A program made the position numbers and the translations under genes. Positions 20,778-31,931 of a DNA stretch of 64,000 nucleotides are shown piece after piece. The stretch lies in the NCBI GenBank assembly GCA_019058315.1, contig JAHPZH010000001.1:567536-631535 (forward strand), in the 5' to 3' direction. This DNA comes from Candidatus Helarchaeota archaeon. Its GTDB lineage: Archaea > Asgardarchaeota > Lokiarchaeia > Helarchaeales > RDOG01. Each line of letters begins with the position of its first letter. Position 1 is the stretch's first letter. The notes beneath the pieces were generated by a model. That model did not search any database. It saw only the letters and a list, made by a program, of their open reading frames with translations, and had not been told where the DNA came from.

Positions 20778-22091
20778 ATGTATTTTCAAAATAAACCATA
20801 TGATTTTTACCAAATTCGACAAATAATAGAAACTGAGTTTTTTTCAGAAAGAGAATTTATACATCCAATAACTCAAACTCCTACTTTTCTAATCTTATCT
20901 GAGCCAAAAATTAAAAAATTGGGAGATGCATTCGATTCAGTATTGGAAAAATTTGCAGATATAAATTTGCTCCCATTTTTAAGAACACCAACACCTTTAG
21001 AGTTAGATTTATTAGGAGAGGATATTGAAAAGAGAAAATATTATTCAATATTAATAGTCCCAAAAATAGAAGAGGATATACGACCAGAAAATATTAAAAT
21101 AAATATAATACTATTCTTTTGTACGTTAATTTCAGTATTTTTTGCTGCTTGGGTATATTTTATATTTTTAGGTGCAGATCCTCTAAATGTAAATACTCAA
21201 TTTAATAGTATTTTCAAATTACTCCCTATCCTTATAGCTTATGGTCTATCCATTTTATCTATACTTGGACTTCATGAATTAGGTCACATGGCTGCTTGCC
21301 GTATGCATAAAACACGTACAAGCTGGCCTTATTTTATACCACTTCCTATACCTCCTCTAGGCACTATGGGTGCCATAATAAAACAAAAAGGTCTAGTAAA
21401 AAATCGAAATGAACTTTTTGATATTGGTCTATTTGGTCCATTAGTTGGTTTTTTAGTGACATGTATAGTACTTTCAGTAGGTTTATTTTTGACAAAGCCC
21501 ATTACAACCGCAGATTATGTTACATTTATGAACATTCTCTACCCATTTTTACCAAGAGAGATAATAGAATTATATGTATTAGTCCTCTTAACATCCCCTC
21601 AATTACCTTTAATGCCAATTTTTTATGTTCTGGATCCAATTTTCTTTCCCGGAATATTAACTTATAATTTTTATGCTCGATCAATTGCTCCAATCCCATT
21701 ACCCGATGTAATCATATTTTTCCATCCATTAGCCTTTGCGGCATGGGTGGGTCTGCTTTTATCGGCTTTAAATATGTTACCATTTGGACAATTAGATGGG
21801 GGACATGTGGCTCGGGCAGTTTTTGGGGATAAAGGTTTTACTATTAATATTAATGGAATTCCTAGAAGGATTGAATTTTATAAAATTATAGGCCTTATCA
21901 GTCTAGGTATTATATTTTACATTAGTCCAGTATTTGGTTTTATTGTTCTTGTTTTATCAAGGGGTATATCACATCCCGGACCTTTAAATGATGTGTCTCC
22001 AATTAGTAAGCGAAGAAAATTTTTCTTCTTTATATTTCTAACTATGATAGTTCTAAGCTTTCCGCTCGGAACATTGTGGGTCTTTTTCTAA
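20778..22091 (+). CDS. Site-2 protease (M50 family)
   Basis: HELGH zinc motif, PYFIP, GTMGA and NMLPFGQLDGGH. Confidence 0.92.
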   Translation: MYFQNKPYDFYQIRQIIETEFFSEREFIHPITQTPTFLILSEPKIKKLGDAFDSVLEKFADINLLPFLRTPTPLELDLLGEDIEKRKYYSILIVPKIEEDIRPENIKINIILFFCTLISVFFAAWVYFIFLGADPLNVNTQFNSIFKLLPILIAYGLSILSILGLHELGHMAACRMHKTRTSWPYFIPLPIPPLGTMGAIIKQKGLVKNRNELFDIGLFGPLVGFLVTCIVLSVGLFLTKPITTADYVTFMNILYPFLPREIIELYVLVLLTSPQLPLMPIFYVLDPIFFPGILTYNFYARSIAPIPLPDVIIFFHPLAFAAWVGLLLSALNMLPFGQLDGGHVARAVFGDKGFTININGIPRRIEFYKIIGLISLGIIFYISPVFGFIVLVLSRGISHPGPLNDVSPISKRRKFFFFIFLTMIVLSFPLGTLWVFF

Positions 22092-22112
22092 TTTATTAGG
22101 ATGTAGTTTTAA

Positions 22113-23372
22113 TTGGAATTAAAATTAGCATATGGCAATCAAACAGTCACTGTAGAAGTTCCAGAAAAAAATTTTTTAGGAACTTTATTGCCAAATGAAC
22201 TTCCAAGTGCAGAAGATGAGAGTCTAGAAATTCAAAGGGCGATTAATAACCCAATAAAAAGTCCTAAATTGGAAAAAATAATAAAACCAAACATGAAAGT
22301 CTCTATATTAGCAGATGATCATACAAGAGGGACTCCTGCATATTTAATTTTACCACATATTTTGAACAAATTAAATAAATTAAAAGTTCCTGATGAAAAT
22401 ATTACCATAATATTTGGGTGTGGAACCCATAGATGTGTAATGCCAGGTGAAGCAGAATTTTTAATAGGAAAAGAAATAATAAAAAGAATTAGGGTAGAAA
22501 GCCACAACTGTTATGCTGAAGATTTAGTTAATATTGGCAAAACATCTTTCGGTAATGAAATAAAGATAAATTCAATTGTTGCTAATAGTGACGCGATTAT
22601 TACTTTAGGCAAACTCGGTTATCATTATTATGCTGGATTTACAGGGGGTAGAAAAAGCATTCTACCTGGAGTATCCTCCTATGATACCATAAATTTTAAT
22701 CATGCTATGCTTATTCATCCTAAAGCAGTAACTGGAAATCTGGAGGGAAATCCTGTTCATCAGGATATGGTCGAGGCAGCAAGGCTTGCAAAAGTAGATT
22801 TTATTATTAATCTAGTAAAAAATAGTAAGGATAAAATCGTCAAAACTTTTGCGGGAGATTTAGAAGCTGCACACTTGGAAGCCAGTAAATTATATGATAA
22901 AATGTTTAGGGTAACCATTAAAAAAAGACCCGATATCGTATTACTCAGTGCAGGGGGTTACCCAAAAGATATCGATTTATATCAAGGTTCTAAGGCTATT
23001 GATAATTCAAAATTCCTAGTTCGTCCTGGTGGTGTAATAATTGCATTGTTAGAATGTAGAGAAGGGGTTGGAAATGATGTTTATAGAGAATGGTCTATAA
23101 AATATCGAACTTTAGAAGAACTTGAAAAGCAAGTTAAGACTAATTTTGTTTTAGGGGGGCATAAAGCTTATTATATGGAAAGAATTTTATTAAAATCTAC
23201 GATAATACTCGTTTCTGAAATGCCAGATAAAGAAGTCAGTGAAATTTACAAATTAAAACCATCTAGTAATGTTGATGATGCATTAGAAATAGCTTATAAT
23301 ATTGTAGGCAGGAATGCAAGCTTAATGGTTATGCCTTATGCAGCATCAACCTTACCAAGCATGGGTAGTTAA
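22113..23372 (+). CDS. larA: Nickel-dependent lactate racemase family protein
   Basis: DHTR, GTHR, HYYAGFTGGRKSILPG and GGYPKDIDLYQ motifs. Confidence 0.88.
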   Translation: MELKLAYGNQTVTVEVPEKNFLGTLLPNELPSAEDESLEIQRAINNPIKSPKLEKIIKPNMKVSILADDHTRGTPAYLILPHILNKLNKLKVPDENITIIFGCGTHRCVMPGEAEFLIGKEIIKRIRVESHNCYAEDLVNIGKTSFGNEIKINSIVANSDAIITLGKLGYHYYAGFTGGRKSILPGVSSYDTINFNHAMLIHPKAVTGNLEGNPVHQDMVEAARLAKVDFIINLVKNSKDKIVKTFAGDLEAAHLEASKLYDKMFRVTIKKRPDIVLLSAGGYPKDIDLYQGSKAIDNSKFLVRPGGVIIALLECREGVGNDVYREWSIKYRTLEELEKQVKTNFVLGGHKAYYMERILLKSTIILVSEMPDKEVSEIYKLKPSSNVDDALEIAYNIVGRNASLMVMPYAASTLPSMGS

Positions 23373-23413
23373 AATAAACTGAAATTTTTTAGAAAATATC
23401 TGATATGAAATAG

Positions 23414-23977
23414 TTACCAAGCTACGATTGCAGCAAGAGCTCCAAATAAAATGGGAAGGCTTCCAATATAATATTGTGTTGCATGATTTAAAGACACAAC
23501 ATGTCCTTGTAGCATTTCAAAATATATACCCAGCTCTACTAAAGCTTTTACAAGAATGTAGTGTAACCTTAAATCGTCATTACCCCTTGAATGTGCATCA
23601 GCAGTTAATGCATCAAGAACAAAATAAAAACGATTTAAATCGCTAGTACCTGCAATAAAGATTGTCATAAATATAAACGATGCAATAGTGGCGATTATGG
23701 CTCCATAAAGTGATAATTTATGATTCTTTTGTTCAAAGCAGCATAATATTCCTCCAAATAAGGTCAATGCGGCTAAAAGATAAAACAAAAAATTTGGAAG
23801 AACAAAATTGTTAAAAGGAGCTCCAATATACAACCCTATTAATGGTATCCAAAAAGCATAATAATTCGGATGTATCCACCAAGGTATAAAACAGAAGATT
23901 ATTAATATTATTCCACAAAATAAAATTGTCTTTTGTTTAAAATCCAACGTCTTCCATTCAACCATTAATTTCGCCAC
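23414..23977 (-). CDS. Membrane protein, function unknown
   Basis: About 4 hydrophobic segments. Confidence 0.6.
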   Translation of the reverse strand: MAKLMVEWKTLDFKQKTILFCGIILIIFCFIPWWIHPNYYAFWIPLIGLYIGAPFNNFVLPNFLFYLLAALTLFGGILCCFEQKNHKLSLYGAIIATIASFIFMTIFIAGTSDLNRFYFVLDALTADAHSRGNDDLRLHYILVKALVELGIYFEMLQGHVVSLNHATQYYIGSLPILFGALAAIVAW

Positions 23978-24000
23978 ATTTTTTAAATTAACTTATATCC

Positions 24001-25443
24001 TCATAATTTTTTAAGTTTATCCTCTAATGGTAGAATTTTTTTATGGAGAATTGTAAGTGCTTTTTTTCCTGCTTTATGAACTCCGATAGAACTTTGATTA
24101 ATTAAATTTAATCCCTTTATTTGCACTTTCTTCACAAAATCTCTAATTAATTGGGATAAAATTACATATTTTCGATTAATTTCAGTCCAAATAAATCCAT
24201 TTTTAATGAAAAAATTTGGATTTTTTTCCTTAAATTGTTCTACATGTTCTTTAAGTTGTACTGGTGGTCCTTTCCGTTGATATATTGATGAGAGATTATT
24301 TTTTGAACAATGAAAAACTAGACCATAATAATAATCTTCATAATAAAGAGTATAAGTGCATTTACCAAATTTTGGTTCACCAGTTGATTCTTTTTCTAAT
24401 AAAGTCTTAATTTTTTTTCCTAAACTATATAATTTATCTCTTAATTCAGTATAATGAACTGTGTCACCACTTTTAAATTCTAAAACATAATAATTACTAC
24501 CTAGTTTCGACAATTCGTCATCAGATAGCATTCTAATTGGTTGCTTTATAAAAAAATCCTCAGAGGGCGACTTTAGAAACTCGAATATTTGATGATTAAT
24601 ATATTCATATGCTCTTCTAGAAATGCTAGAAGCAATATTTCGTTTTCTATCTGTAGGGTCTACAATTATTATATAATCATTTTTAAATCTAGGAATATTT
24701 AATAGGGCTTTAGTATCTCTATTAAAAAAATCTATAGGTTTTTTACGAATGAAATTAAAATTTTGAAAAGTGTTTTCAAGATTTTCAAAATAAAGGATTA
24801 GGACTTCAGCAGAAAATCCTGTAAAACCGAATTGTCCTATTGAACATGTATCACCATATGCATAATTTCCCTTAAAGAATGATTTTAATAAGCGAACATC
24901 ATTTTTTTGATTATTAGTTAAATTCTTACTAATAATATCGGTATGAACTGGAGTACGATCAACAGCGGTGATTGGTCCATCTTTGAGTAATTCTTCTTTA
25001 CTTAAAGCAAAACAGCCAACAATATCTATATCGTAAATTCCTTTCTTTACATTTAAATAAGGATGTTCGGCATAGAAAATCCTAATTTTCTCACATTTTA
25101 GTTTTTTAGCCGCTAGAATGAATATATTATTGATAATATCTAAAAAGAGTTGATCTATTTTTTCTTTTTTTTCTCTTTTTTCTAATTTAAGTATATGGCT
25201 ATAATCTTCTTTCTTTAAACCTATAAAAATATCAATATCACTTGCTGAAGTGAGGTTTGTTTGTTTTTTTCCTGTTGAACCTTGTGATTCTATAAAAACA
25301 TAATTTAACCCCTGATAACTTGTGATTTCTTTTAAGGAACTAATAAATAAATCTGTAATTTTTTTAATATTTAATTGCTCGGATTCAGTGGGCACTAATT
25401 TGGCTAAAAGCTTGTTTTTAAGATTTGAAATATCAATACCCAC
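24001..25443 (-). CDS. cca: CCA-adding enzyme (archaeal class I)
   Basis: GS...T.L...SDIDIF, YAEHPY, AVDRTPVH, VRLLK, GFTGFSAE, DPTD..RN.A and GPP motifs. Confidence 0.93.
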   Translation of the reverse strand: MGIDISNLKNKLLAKLVPTESEQLNIKKITDLFISSLKEITSYQGLNYVFIESQGSTGKKQTNLTSASDIDIFIGLKKEDYSHILKLEKREKKEKIDQLFLDIINNIFILAAKKLKCEKIRIFYAEHPYLNVKKGIYDIDIVGCFALSKEELLKDGPITAVDRTPVHTDIISKNLTNNQKNDVRLLKSFFKGNYAYGDTCSIGQFGFTGFSAEVLILYFENLENTFQNFNFIRKKPIDFFNRDTKALLNIPRFKNDYIIIVDPTDRKRNIASSISRRAYEYINHQIFEFLKSPSEDFFIKQPIRMLSDDELSKLGSNYYVLEFKSGDTVHYTELRDKLYSLGKKIKTLLEKESTGEPKFGKCTYTLYYEDYYYGLVFHCSKNNLSSIYQRKGPPVQLKEHVEQFKEKNPNFFIKNGFIWTEINRKYVILSQLIRDFVKKVQIKGLNLINQSSIGVHKAGKKALTILHKKILPLEDKLKKL

Positions 25444-25576
25444 AAAATCACCTGCAATTTAATTGATAATTAATATTCATCAGATCTTAAATTAATACAT
25501 AAGTAGTTTATAGTTTATTCAATTCATCGCATAATTTGAGGTATGCGAGCTGAAAAATAAAAAAATAAGGAAGAAT

Positions 25577-27364
25577 TTATTCAAAGGAAATGTCTGGGTC
25601 TTGGGATTCGTATTCTCCAGTACCTTTAATGGTATATTTAATCTCTATTTGTTGACCGGGACCGATATCTGTTAATCTCCATACGATTTGTGTCCCAGCT
25701 TCTGTATCTACAGTTTCTGGCTTTATTTCATCTGGTTGTGAACTAGTAAAGGTAAAACTTGAAGGGATAATATCTTTTACTGTTACTTTTTCAACGGGGA
25801 CTTCTCCTTTATTCGCGAAAACAATAGGAATTATATATTCCCCTTCTTCAGAACCTGGAGTTACTGATTTATATGCTCGATATTTTCGCCTAACAGTTTT
25901 AGCGACTATTTTTATTTCCGGTACTCCTGCTTTAACTGGGGGTCCTGGAGGGACTGTATTAAACTCTGACATTAGTGGACATGCATAATCTGCAGGGCTG
26001 GGGTCCCAACCCGTTATAGGATATTCAACTAGGATTTCATCATCCGGATTCAAAGGATTAACGAGTGTAGCTAAATTTGGAATTGAAATAGTCAATTTAT
26101 GCTCCATCGATGGATCCTCGTTATTTGGCTCCATTTCAAGAATTACACCTTGCCTTAATTCTTTTCCCTGAGTCACAGTTCTTACCAAATCAAGAGAGGG
26201 AGGTTTAAATGATGCAGGAATTGTATCTTCTATTTTTATTTCAAAGAGTGCAGCAGTTCCCATATTTTTAGTTCTAGATTTTATTAGCATGTTAGTTTTT
26301 GCATGAGCATTAACAGTATCTGGTTCTAATGTTTTTTCACATTTGATTGCAGCAACAGGAATAACTCCTGACTGTTTCGTAATATGACCAACGATTTTTT
26401 TCTGTACTTCATATAGAACAGAAAAATTGTTTGTTTTACTGAATTTAGGAATACCTACAGACTCAACATTGAAATCCTTAGTCCATGAAGCTTGAGGTCC
26501 TAAATTTATTCCAGGAGATTCTTCTAATACTATTTCTTTAGTTGTTTCTTTTATCTGAGATACTTTTGCATTATTTAATACAACTTGAAAATCAGAAAGG
26601 TTCTGAAATTCAACAGTGCATTGCCAATTATTTTGGGAAACTTCTTCATTATCTATAGCATATAAATTATCAGATAATGCTTCTATTTTACCATTAAGAT
26701 CGGAGCGAATAATATTGGGTATTTCATAATCAACCTCAATCTTACCTGTTTGATGGAGATCTGTTTTATCCGGTGTGGCTCCCAGACGAATGTTTAAAAC
26801 TGCTGAATCACCCGCTGGTAAGGTTATTTCAGTCCAATGTACCTCACGGGTGCTTTCTTTATATTCCGTAATGCCAGAAGATGGAGGGTCAATATGAGGT
26901 GTATCAAAATAGTCTGGAATTGCTTTTATTACCTTAGCTTTTGCTTGGACTGTAGAATTATTTGTTAATTTTATCGAATAATTAGTGGGCATCCTGTGAT
27001 TCAAAACAAAATTCCAGTTTATCTCTTCACCTTTTTCATAATATGTATCAATAGTCTCAACTAATTCAATTAGAGGTTTTTGAACAACTTCTGTTGTATC
27101 TAATTGATATTCAAAAGTTTTACTTGCACTAGCATTAATTTCTCCAGTTTTTATTTCATTTTCAGTTAAAGAAACCGAATTAATCCCATCTAATAAAAGA
27201 TTTGTGTTCCATATTCTATGACTAGAACTAGGATTATTTACCGATACTAAGCCAACCATTGAAATCGATTCTAATTCTCCTTTACCAGAGAGGTTAGTTT
27301 CTACTTTTTCCGTGAAATTAATAACAATCTTTTTGCCCGATTCCATTTTTATCCTTAGAGTCAT
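25577..27364 (-). CDS. All-beta cytoplasmic protein; N-terminus resembles a mu-homology domain
   Basis: No signal peptide; IVINFTEKVETNLSGKGELESISMVGLVSV recalls the first MHD strands; repeated Ig-like units. Confidence 0.55.
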   Translation of the reverse strand: MTLRIKMESGKKIVINFTEKVETNLSGKGELESISMVGLVSVNNPSSSHRIWNTNLLLDGINSVSLTENEIKTGEINASASKTFEYQLDTTEVVQKPLIELVETIDTYYEKGEEINWNFVLNHRMPTNYSIKLTNNSTVQAKAKVIKAIPDYFDTPHIDPPSSGITEYKESTREVHWTEITLPAGDSAVLNIRLGATPDKTDLHQTGKIEVDYEIPNIIRSDLNGKIEALSDNLYAIDNEEVSQNNWQCTVEFQNLSDFQVVLNNAKVSQIKETTKEIVLEESPGINLGPQASWTKDFNVESVGIPKFSKTNNFSVLYEVQKKIVGHITKQSGVIPVAAIKCEKTLEPDTVNAHAKTNMLIKSRTKNMGTAALFEIKIEDTIPASFKPPSLDLVRTVTQGKELRQGVILEMEPNNEDPSMEHKLTISIPNLATLVNPLNPDDEILVEYPITGWDPSPADYACPLMSEFNTVPPGPPVKAGVPEIKIVAKTVRRKYRAYKSVTPGSEEGEYIIPIVFANKGEVPVEKVTVKDIIPSSFTFTSSQPDEIKPETVDTEAGTQIVWRLTDIGPGQQIEIKYTIKGTGEYESQDPDISFE

Positions 27365-27503
27365 TGATTTGGCATTATTTAAAATTTACAAGTTTAAAAA
27401 ATAAAATAAAAATTTACAAAATTTAGTTAATTTAGTAACAAAAAAATCGTCTAAAATTTAAAAAGGGGGTTATTTAGAGATATTATTTAAGCTAGATAAT
27501 CAT

Positions 27504-28325
27504 TTATGTATTTTGGATAACTTTTTTTTCCCATTCATTAATTTTTATAATTAATTCTTTTTTATCCTTAGAAGTAAGAACATCATCTTGCTGGTATGTC
27601 CTTAATTTACTTGATGTTGTAGTAATATCTGCGATAACTGGATGCCAAGCATACATTTTAGAAATTGATTTGATAGCATCATCTAAATCTTTTGCAAAAT
27701 CTAAAGCATTAACCTCTTGATTTAATTTTGATTTTAAATTACAAATTACCGAATAAAAAGAGACTTTAGTACTTTCCTTTTCTAATATTGCTTTTTTAGA
27801 TTTTTCAATTCTTTCAACTACAGAATCAATCCTTTGGGCATAGTTATTTATTAAAAATTTAAGAGATTCAAGCTGTTCTAAATCTTCTGTTATTTTGACA
27901 GCTAATAATGTATCAGGTGATAGTTTAAAAAATCCAAAATTACCTTCATTTTGTTTGGCGACGAAATTTCCAATAGCAATTTCTTGAAAATTATTTCTCG
28001 TAAAATTCTTTATAAAATCGATATCCTTGTATAAGCCGCTATAATCACAATATATAACACTACAATTTTTGGTTAAAATAGCAATATAGATATTTTCTTT
28101 GATATCTTGATATAAATTTCGATATAAATCTCTAATTACTTCATTTAATTCCTTAATTGGATCTGAAATAATTCTTACTCGTTTATATAATATTAAATTC
28201 TTATATTTTTGACAATATTCATAACTTGTTGAACCTAAACAATGATACTCTTTATTTCCTATGGTTATTCTATCAGTAGGACTACAAATATCATAGAAGG
28301 GACAACGTTTGAACATATAATCCAC
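27504..28325 (-). CDS. Hypothetical protein (Cys-rich N-terminus, alpha/beta middle, helical C-terminus)
   Basis: Long ORF with CPFYDIC...C...C; no family recognised. Confidence 0.6.
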   Translation of the reverse strand: MDYMFKRCPFYDICSPTDRITIGNKEYHCLGSTSYEYCQKYKNLILYKRVRIISDPIKELNEVIRDLYRNLYQDIKENIYIAILTKNCSVIYCDYSGLYKDIDFIKNFTRNNFQEIAIGNFVAKQNEGNFGFFKLSPDTLLAVKITEDLEQLESLKFLINNYAQRIDSVVERIEKSKKAILEKESTKVSFYSVICNLKSKLNQEVNALDFAKDLDDAIKSISKMYAWHPVIADITTTSSKLRTYQQDDVLTSKDKKELIIKINEWEKKVIQNT

Positions 28326-28786
28326 TGTATCATAATATAATTACAGATTAAAGTTTAATTCAATAAAAAATATGAATTAAAGTTGATTTTAATGGTTTTT
28401 TAAAATTTATAACTCTTTTCTATTAACTATTCAATTTTTAAAGATTTAAGGCTTTTATAAAATTTAAGATATTTTAATTTAACCTTTTTATACGAGATTT
28501 TTCTAGGATATGTGAGGAATTTTAGAATTTAAAGTTATTTTAACAAATTAATATATTAATTATTTATCATTGGAATAGAATTCGATAATATATCTAAATA
28601 ATCTTATGAAAAAAATGAATTTTTAATTGTAAGCTTGCTTTTTAAAGCAGATAATAAAATCACAAGTAATAAATATGATGTGACATTGTCTTTTTTAGAG
28701 AGTGAAAATTACCCGCTAATTATTTTTTCAAATGACATCCAAGCAATATAACCTTTTTGCATTGAATTATCGATAAATGTGATTAA

Positions 28787-30481
28787 ATGGATAAAAAAAC
28801 TGAAGAATTAAAAAATGCAGCTGACTTTTTTAAGAAAAATGAATATCTACCTGCAGCTAAATGTTATGCAAATGTTGCAGAACTATTGGAAAAAGCGGGG
28901 AATATTAAAGAGGCTGAATTAATTTTCCATAATATTATTGATTGTTATAATAAAGAAGCCGAAATGAATATTAGACAAAAAAAATATCAAGAAGCCGCTG
29001 AGATATTATTATCGGCAGGAGAACTGGAAACTCGAATAAATGAGGAGGATATTTCGAGAGAATACTATAATAAAGCAGTTCAACTATTTATTAAAGCTGC
29101 TGAAGAAACTCTAGACCAAAAAAATTTTCAAAATGCAGGGGACTTATTCAAAAAAGCTGCTTTTTACTTGGAGCAAGAAATTCAAGATACCGATTCAGCA
29201 ATTAAATATTACCATAATGCAATTGAAAGTTATCAAAAATTTAAAAATCAAATTGTTGTTAAAGAAGATCTAAAAAAGGCTACCCAAATTACTCAATTAA
29301 TAGCAATTTTATATGAAAGAACTAATGATTACAAAAAAGCAATCGAAATAGACAAAGAAGCTCTTGAATTGGCTAAAAAGAGAGATTTGGTTCAAATTAT
29401 TACTGATTGTTATCTGCATATGGCTCATTGTTATTTAAAATTAAATAAAGAAGATGATATGATTAATACTCTTAAAATTGCAAAGGATTACAATATTAAA
29501 ATTGGTAAATTAAAGATGCAAAAAAAGAATTATCTCGAAGCCGCAGAAAGTTTTGATAATGCTATTTCGATCTTAAAGGAATTAACTATATTACTTGATA
29601 AAAAAAGTGTTGTTTTGGAAGAAATTAATCAATCATATATAAATAAAGCAGATAGTTATCTCAAAATAGCTGAATCACATTTAAAACAAAACGAAATTGA
29701 TCGTGCAGCTCATTTTCAAAGGAACGCAGCCCTTTGCTATAGATTGATTAATAAACATAAGAATGCAGCAGAGCTATTTCTTGAGGCGGGGACAAATTTT
29801 GAAAAAATTAATACACAAAAATTAGCTGCAATTAATTTTAGAGATGCAGGATTACAATACGAGCTGATGAAAAAGCTTGATATAGCTGCTGAATTGCTAT
29901 TCAAAGCAGCAAAATTAGCAATAACAGAGGGAACTACTGAAATATCAATTGAATGTTATCGCGCTACTTTAAGAAATTTTGAATGCTTTGATGATATGAT
30001 AAAATTTGAAGAAACTCTTAAAGATCTTGAAGAAATACTAAAAACTCTCGCAGAAGAAGAAGAACAAGAAGAGAACTATCATATCGCCGCAAGTTATCTC
30101 TTTGAAATAGGAAATTATTATGATTCCTTGAAAAAACCAAAAAAAGCTGAAATTTATTATAAATCTGCAACTGATAAACTTCAGAAAGCAGTAGAAATTG
30201 CAATTAAAGAAGAACAATTGACAATCGCTGCGTATTCTTTATCTTGTTTCATTATCATTAAATTAATCTTGAACGATACTGATATTGAATCAATTTTAGC
30301 GATGTATAGAAATAAATTAGGAGAAAATCACTATTTCAAATTAAGTGAAGATTTATATAAGGAATTTATTTCTAAAGAAGCGAATTTATTTGCAGTTATC
30401 GATAAATATGATAATATAATTAAACATTCAGATGAATTAGATTATTTAATCTCGAAATTAACAGAATCAATAAAAAGTTGA
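28787..30481 (+). CDS. TPR / alpha-SNAP-like solenoid protein
   Basis: Many A..F..AA..Y helical hairpins along the whole length. Confidence 0.78.
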   Translation: MDKKTEELKNAADFFKKNEYLPAAKCYANVAELLEKAGNIKEAELIFHNIIDCYNKEAEMNIRQKKYQEAAEILLSAGELETRINEEDISREYYNKAVQLFIKAAEETLDQKNFQNAGDLFKKAAFYLEQEIQDTDSAIKYYHNAIESYQKFKNQIVVKEDLKKATQITQLIAILYERTNDYKKAIEIDKEALELAKKRDLVQIITDCYLHMAHCYLKLNKEDDMINTLKIAKDYNIKIGKLKMQKKNYLEAAESFDNAISILKELTILLDKKSVVLEEINQSYINKADSYLKIAESHLKQNEIDRAAHFQRNAALCYRLINKHKNAAELFLEAGTNFEKINTQKLAAINFRDAGLQYELMKKLDIAAELLFKAAKLAITEGTTEISIECYRATLRNFECFDDMIKFEETLKDLEEILKTLAEEEEQEENYHIAASYLFEIGNYYDSLKKPKKAEIYYKSATDKLQKAVEIAIKEEQLTIAAYSLSCFIIIKLILNDTDIESILAMYRNKLGENHYFKLSEDLYKEFISKEANLFAVIDKYDNIIKHSDELDYLISKLTESIKS

Positions 30482-30688
30482 TATGATCTCGAAATAATAT
30501 TATTAATTTTTAGTACTTACGTTAATTTGAAAAATTAGAAAAGGGTAAAAAGGGATAGAATTAATATTTTATATTTGTATTATTGATAAAATATTTTTAT
30601 TTTTAACATAACATAATTTAATTTAAATAATATTATTTAATAGGAAATTTTAATAAATTTCTTCCTTATATAGACGGGTTTCAAAGAA

Positions 30689-31585
30689 ATGGGCTTAGAA
30701 GACGTAAAAACTGAATATGCAGACTATGAAATATGCTGTGATAAACCAGATATTAGACCATATAGAGGTGTCTTGGTCTGTCGAAGTTGTGGTACTGTTC
30801 ATGGTCCAGTTCTGGCGGATTCACCACGTAGAGCTTTTTCTGAGGAAGAAATTTCCCAAAGAAGACAATCTGAACCTGTATATCGAACTATAGGTGCTAG
30901 AACAGTAATTCCACGTAGTAATGTTGATATAACAGGTGCGCCCTTATCAGCAAAGACAAAATCTCTATTCTGGAGACTTGCTAAGATACAAAAATCAGTC
31001 ACCTCAACTTTTGAGCGTAATCTATCCATTGCTCAACCAAAATTACTTAATATGGCCAGTATGTTAGGACTTCCTCAAACAGTTACTGAAGAAGCACTTA
31101 GAATTTATTCTAAAGCTGTAAAAAACAAACTTACTATGGGAAGAAGTATAGATAATTTAGTTGCAGCTTCAATTTTCATTGCTATTAAAAGACACGGGAT
31201 TCCACGAACTTTAGATGAAGTTGCTGAATCTATCCAAATTACTAAAAAAAGTCTATCCAAAGCTTATCGTTTAATTATGCAAGAATTTAATATAAAGTTA
31301 CAACCTGTTTCGCCCGTAACCTTTATTTCAAAATTTTCTTCTGAATTAGGACTAAGTATGCAGGTTCAGAATAGAGCAAAGGAACTTTTAAAAATTACTA
31401 AACAAAAAACTAGTTTAATTGGCAAGGATCCTAAAGGTTTAGCATCTGCAGCCATTTATATTGCTGCAAAAGAATTAAATGAACCTAGAAGTCAAGTAGA
31501 ATTATCTAAAATTGCCCATATATCCGAAGTTACTTTGAGAAATCGTACTAAAAATATTAAAAATGCAGTCGGTTTAAAAAAATAA
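30689..31585 (+). CDS. tfb: Transcription initiation factor IIB paralog
   Basis: Zn ribbon (CC...VCRSCG), ERNL, GRS, PRTLDE, GKDPKGLASAAIY and EVTLRNR motifs. Confidence 0.93.
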   Translation: MGLEDVKTEYADYEICCDKPDIRPYRGVLVCRSCGTVHGPVLADSPRRAFSEEEISQRRQSEPVYRTIGARTVIPRSNVDITGAPLSAKTKSLFWRLAKIQKSVTSTFERNLSIAQPKLLNMASMLGLPQTVTEEALRIYSKAVKNKLTMGRSIDNLVAASIFIAIKRHGIPRTLDEVAESIQITKKSLSKAYRLIMQEFNIKLQPVSPVTFISKFSSELGLSMQVQNRAKELLKITKQKTSLIGKDPKGLASAAIYIAAKELNEPRSQVELSKIAHISEVTLRNRTKNIKNAVGLKK

Positions 31586-31625
31586 TCAAAAAATATTTTT
31601 AAGATTTGATAAAGGATTCATTATT

Positions 31626-31925
31626 ATGATTATTATCCATTTAGAGGACCTAAATGACTTCGCTAGTTTTTTAGAAAAACGGATCAGCAATGAAATATTT
31701 TTTGAATTTATCAAACCTGAGTTTACGCTAAATGGAATTAGAGTTCAACTTCAATATCTTGGTGTAATGAATAATACAAATGTTTTATTCACAACACATT
31801 TGGATTTCCCAAAAATTAAAGATAAAGAAGCTGTTAAAGAAAAATTAAAGGAAATTAAAATAGCTGATCTTGAATTAAAACTAATTCATGGGACTATTCG
31901 TGAACTTTATTTCTCAATCTCATAA
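31626..31925 (+). CDS. Hypothetical protein
   Basis: ATG ORF downstream of tfb. Confidence 0.6.
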   Translation: MIIIHLEDLNDFASFLEKRISNEIFFEFIKPEFTLNGIRVQLQYLGVMNNTNVLFTTHLDFPKIKDKEAVKEKLKEIKIADLELKLIHGTIRELYFSIS

Positions 31926-31931
31926 ACTGAT

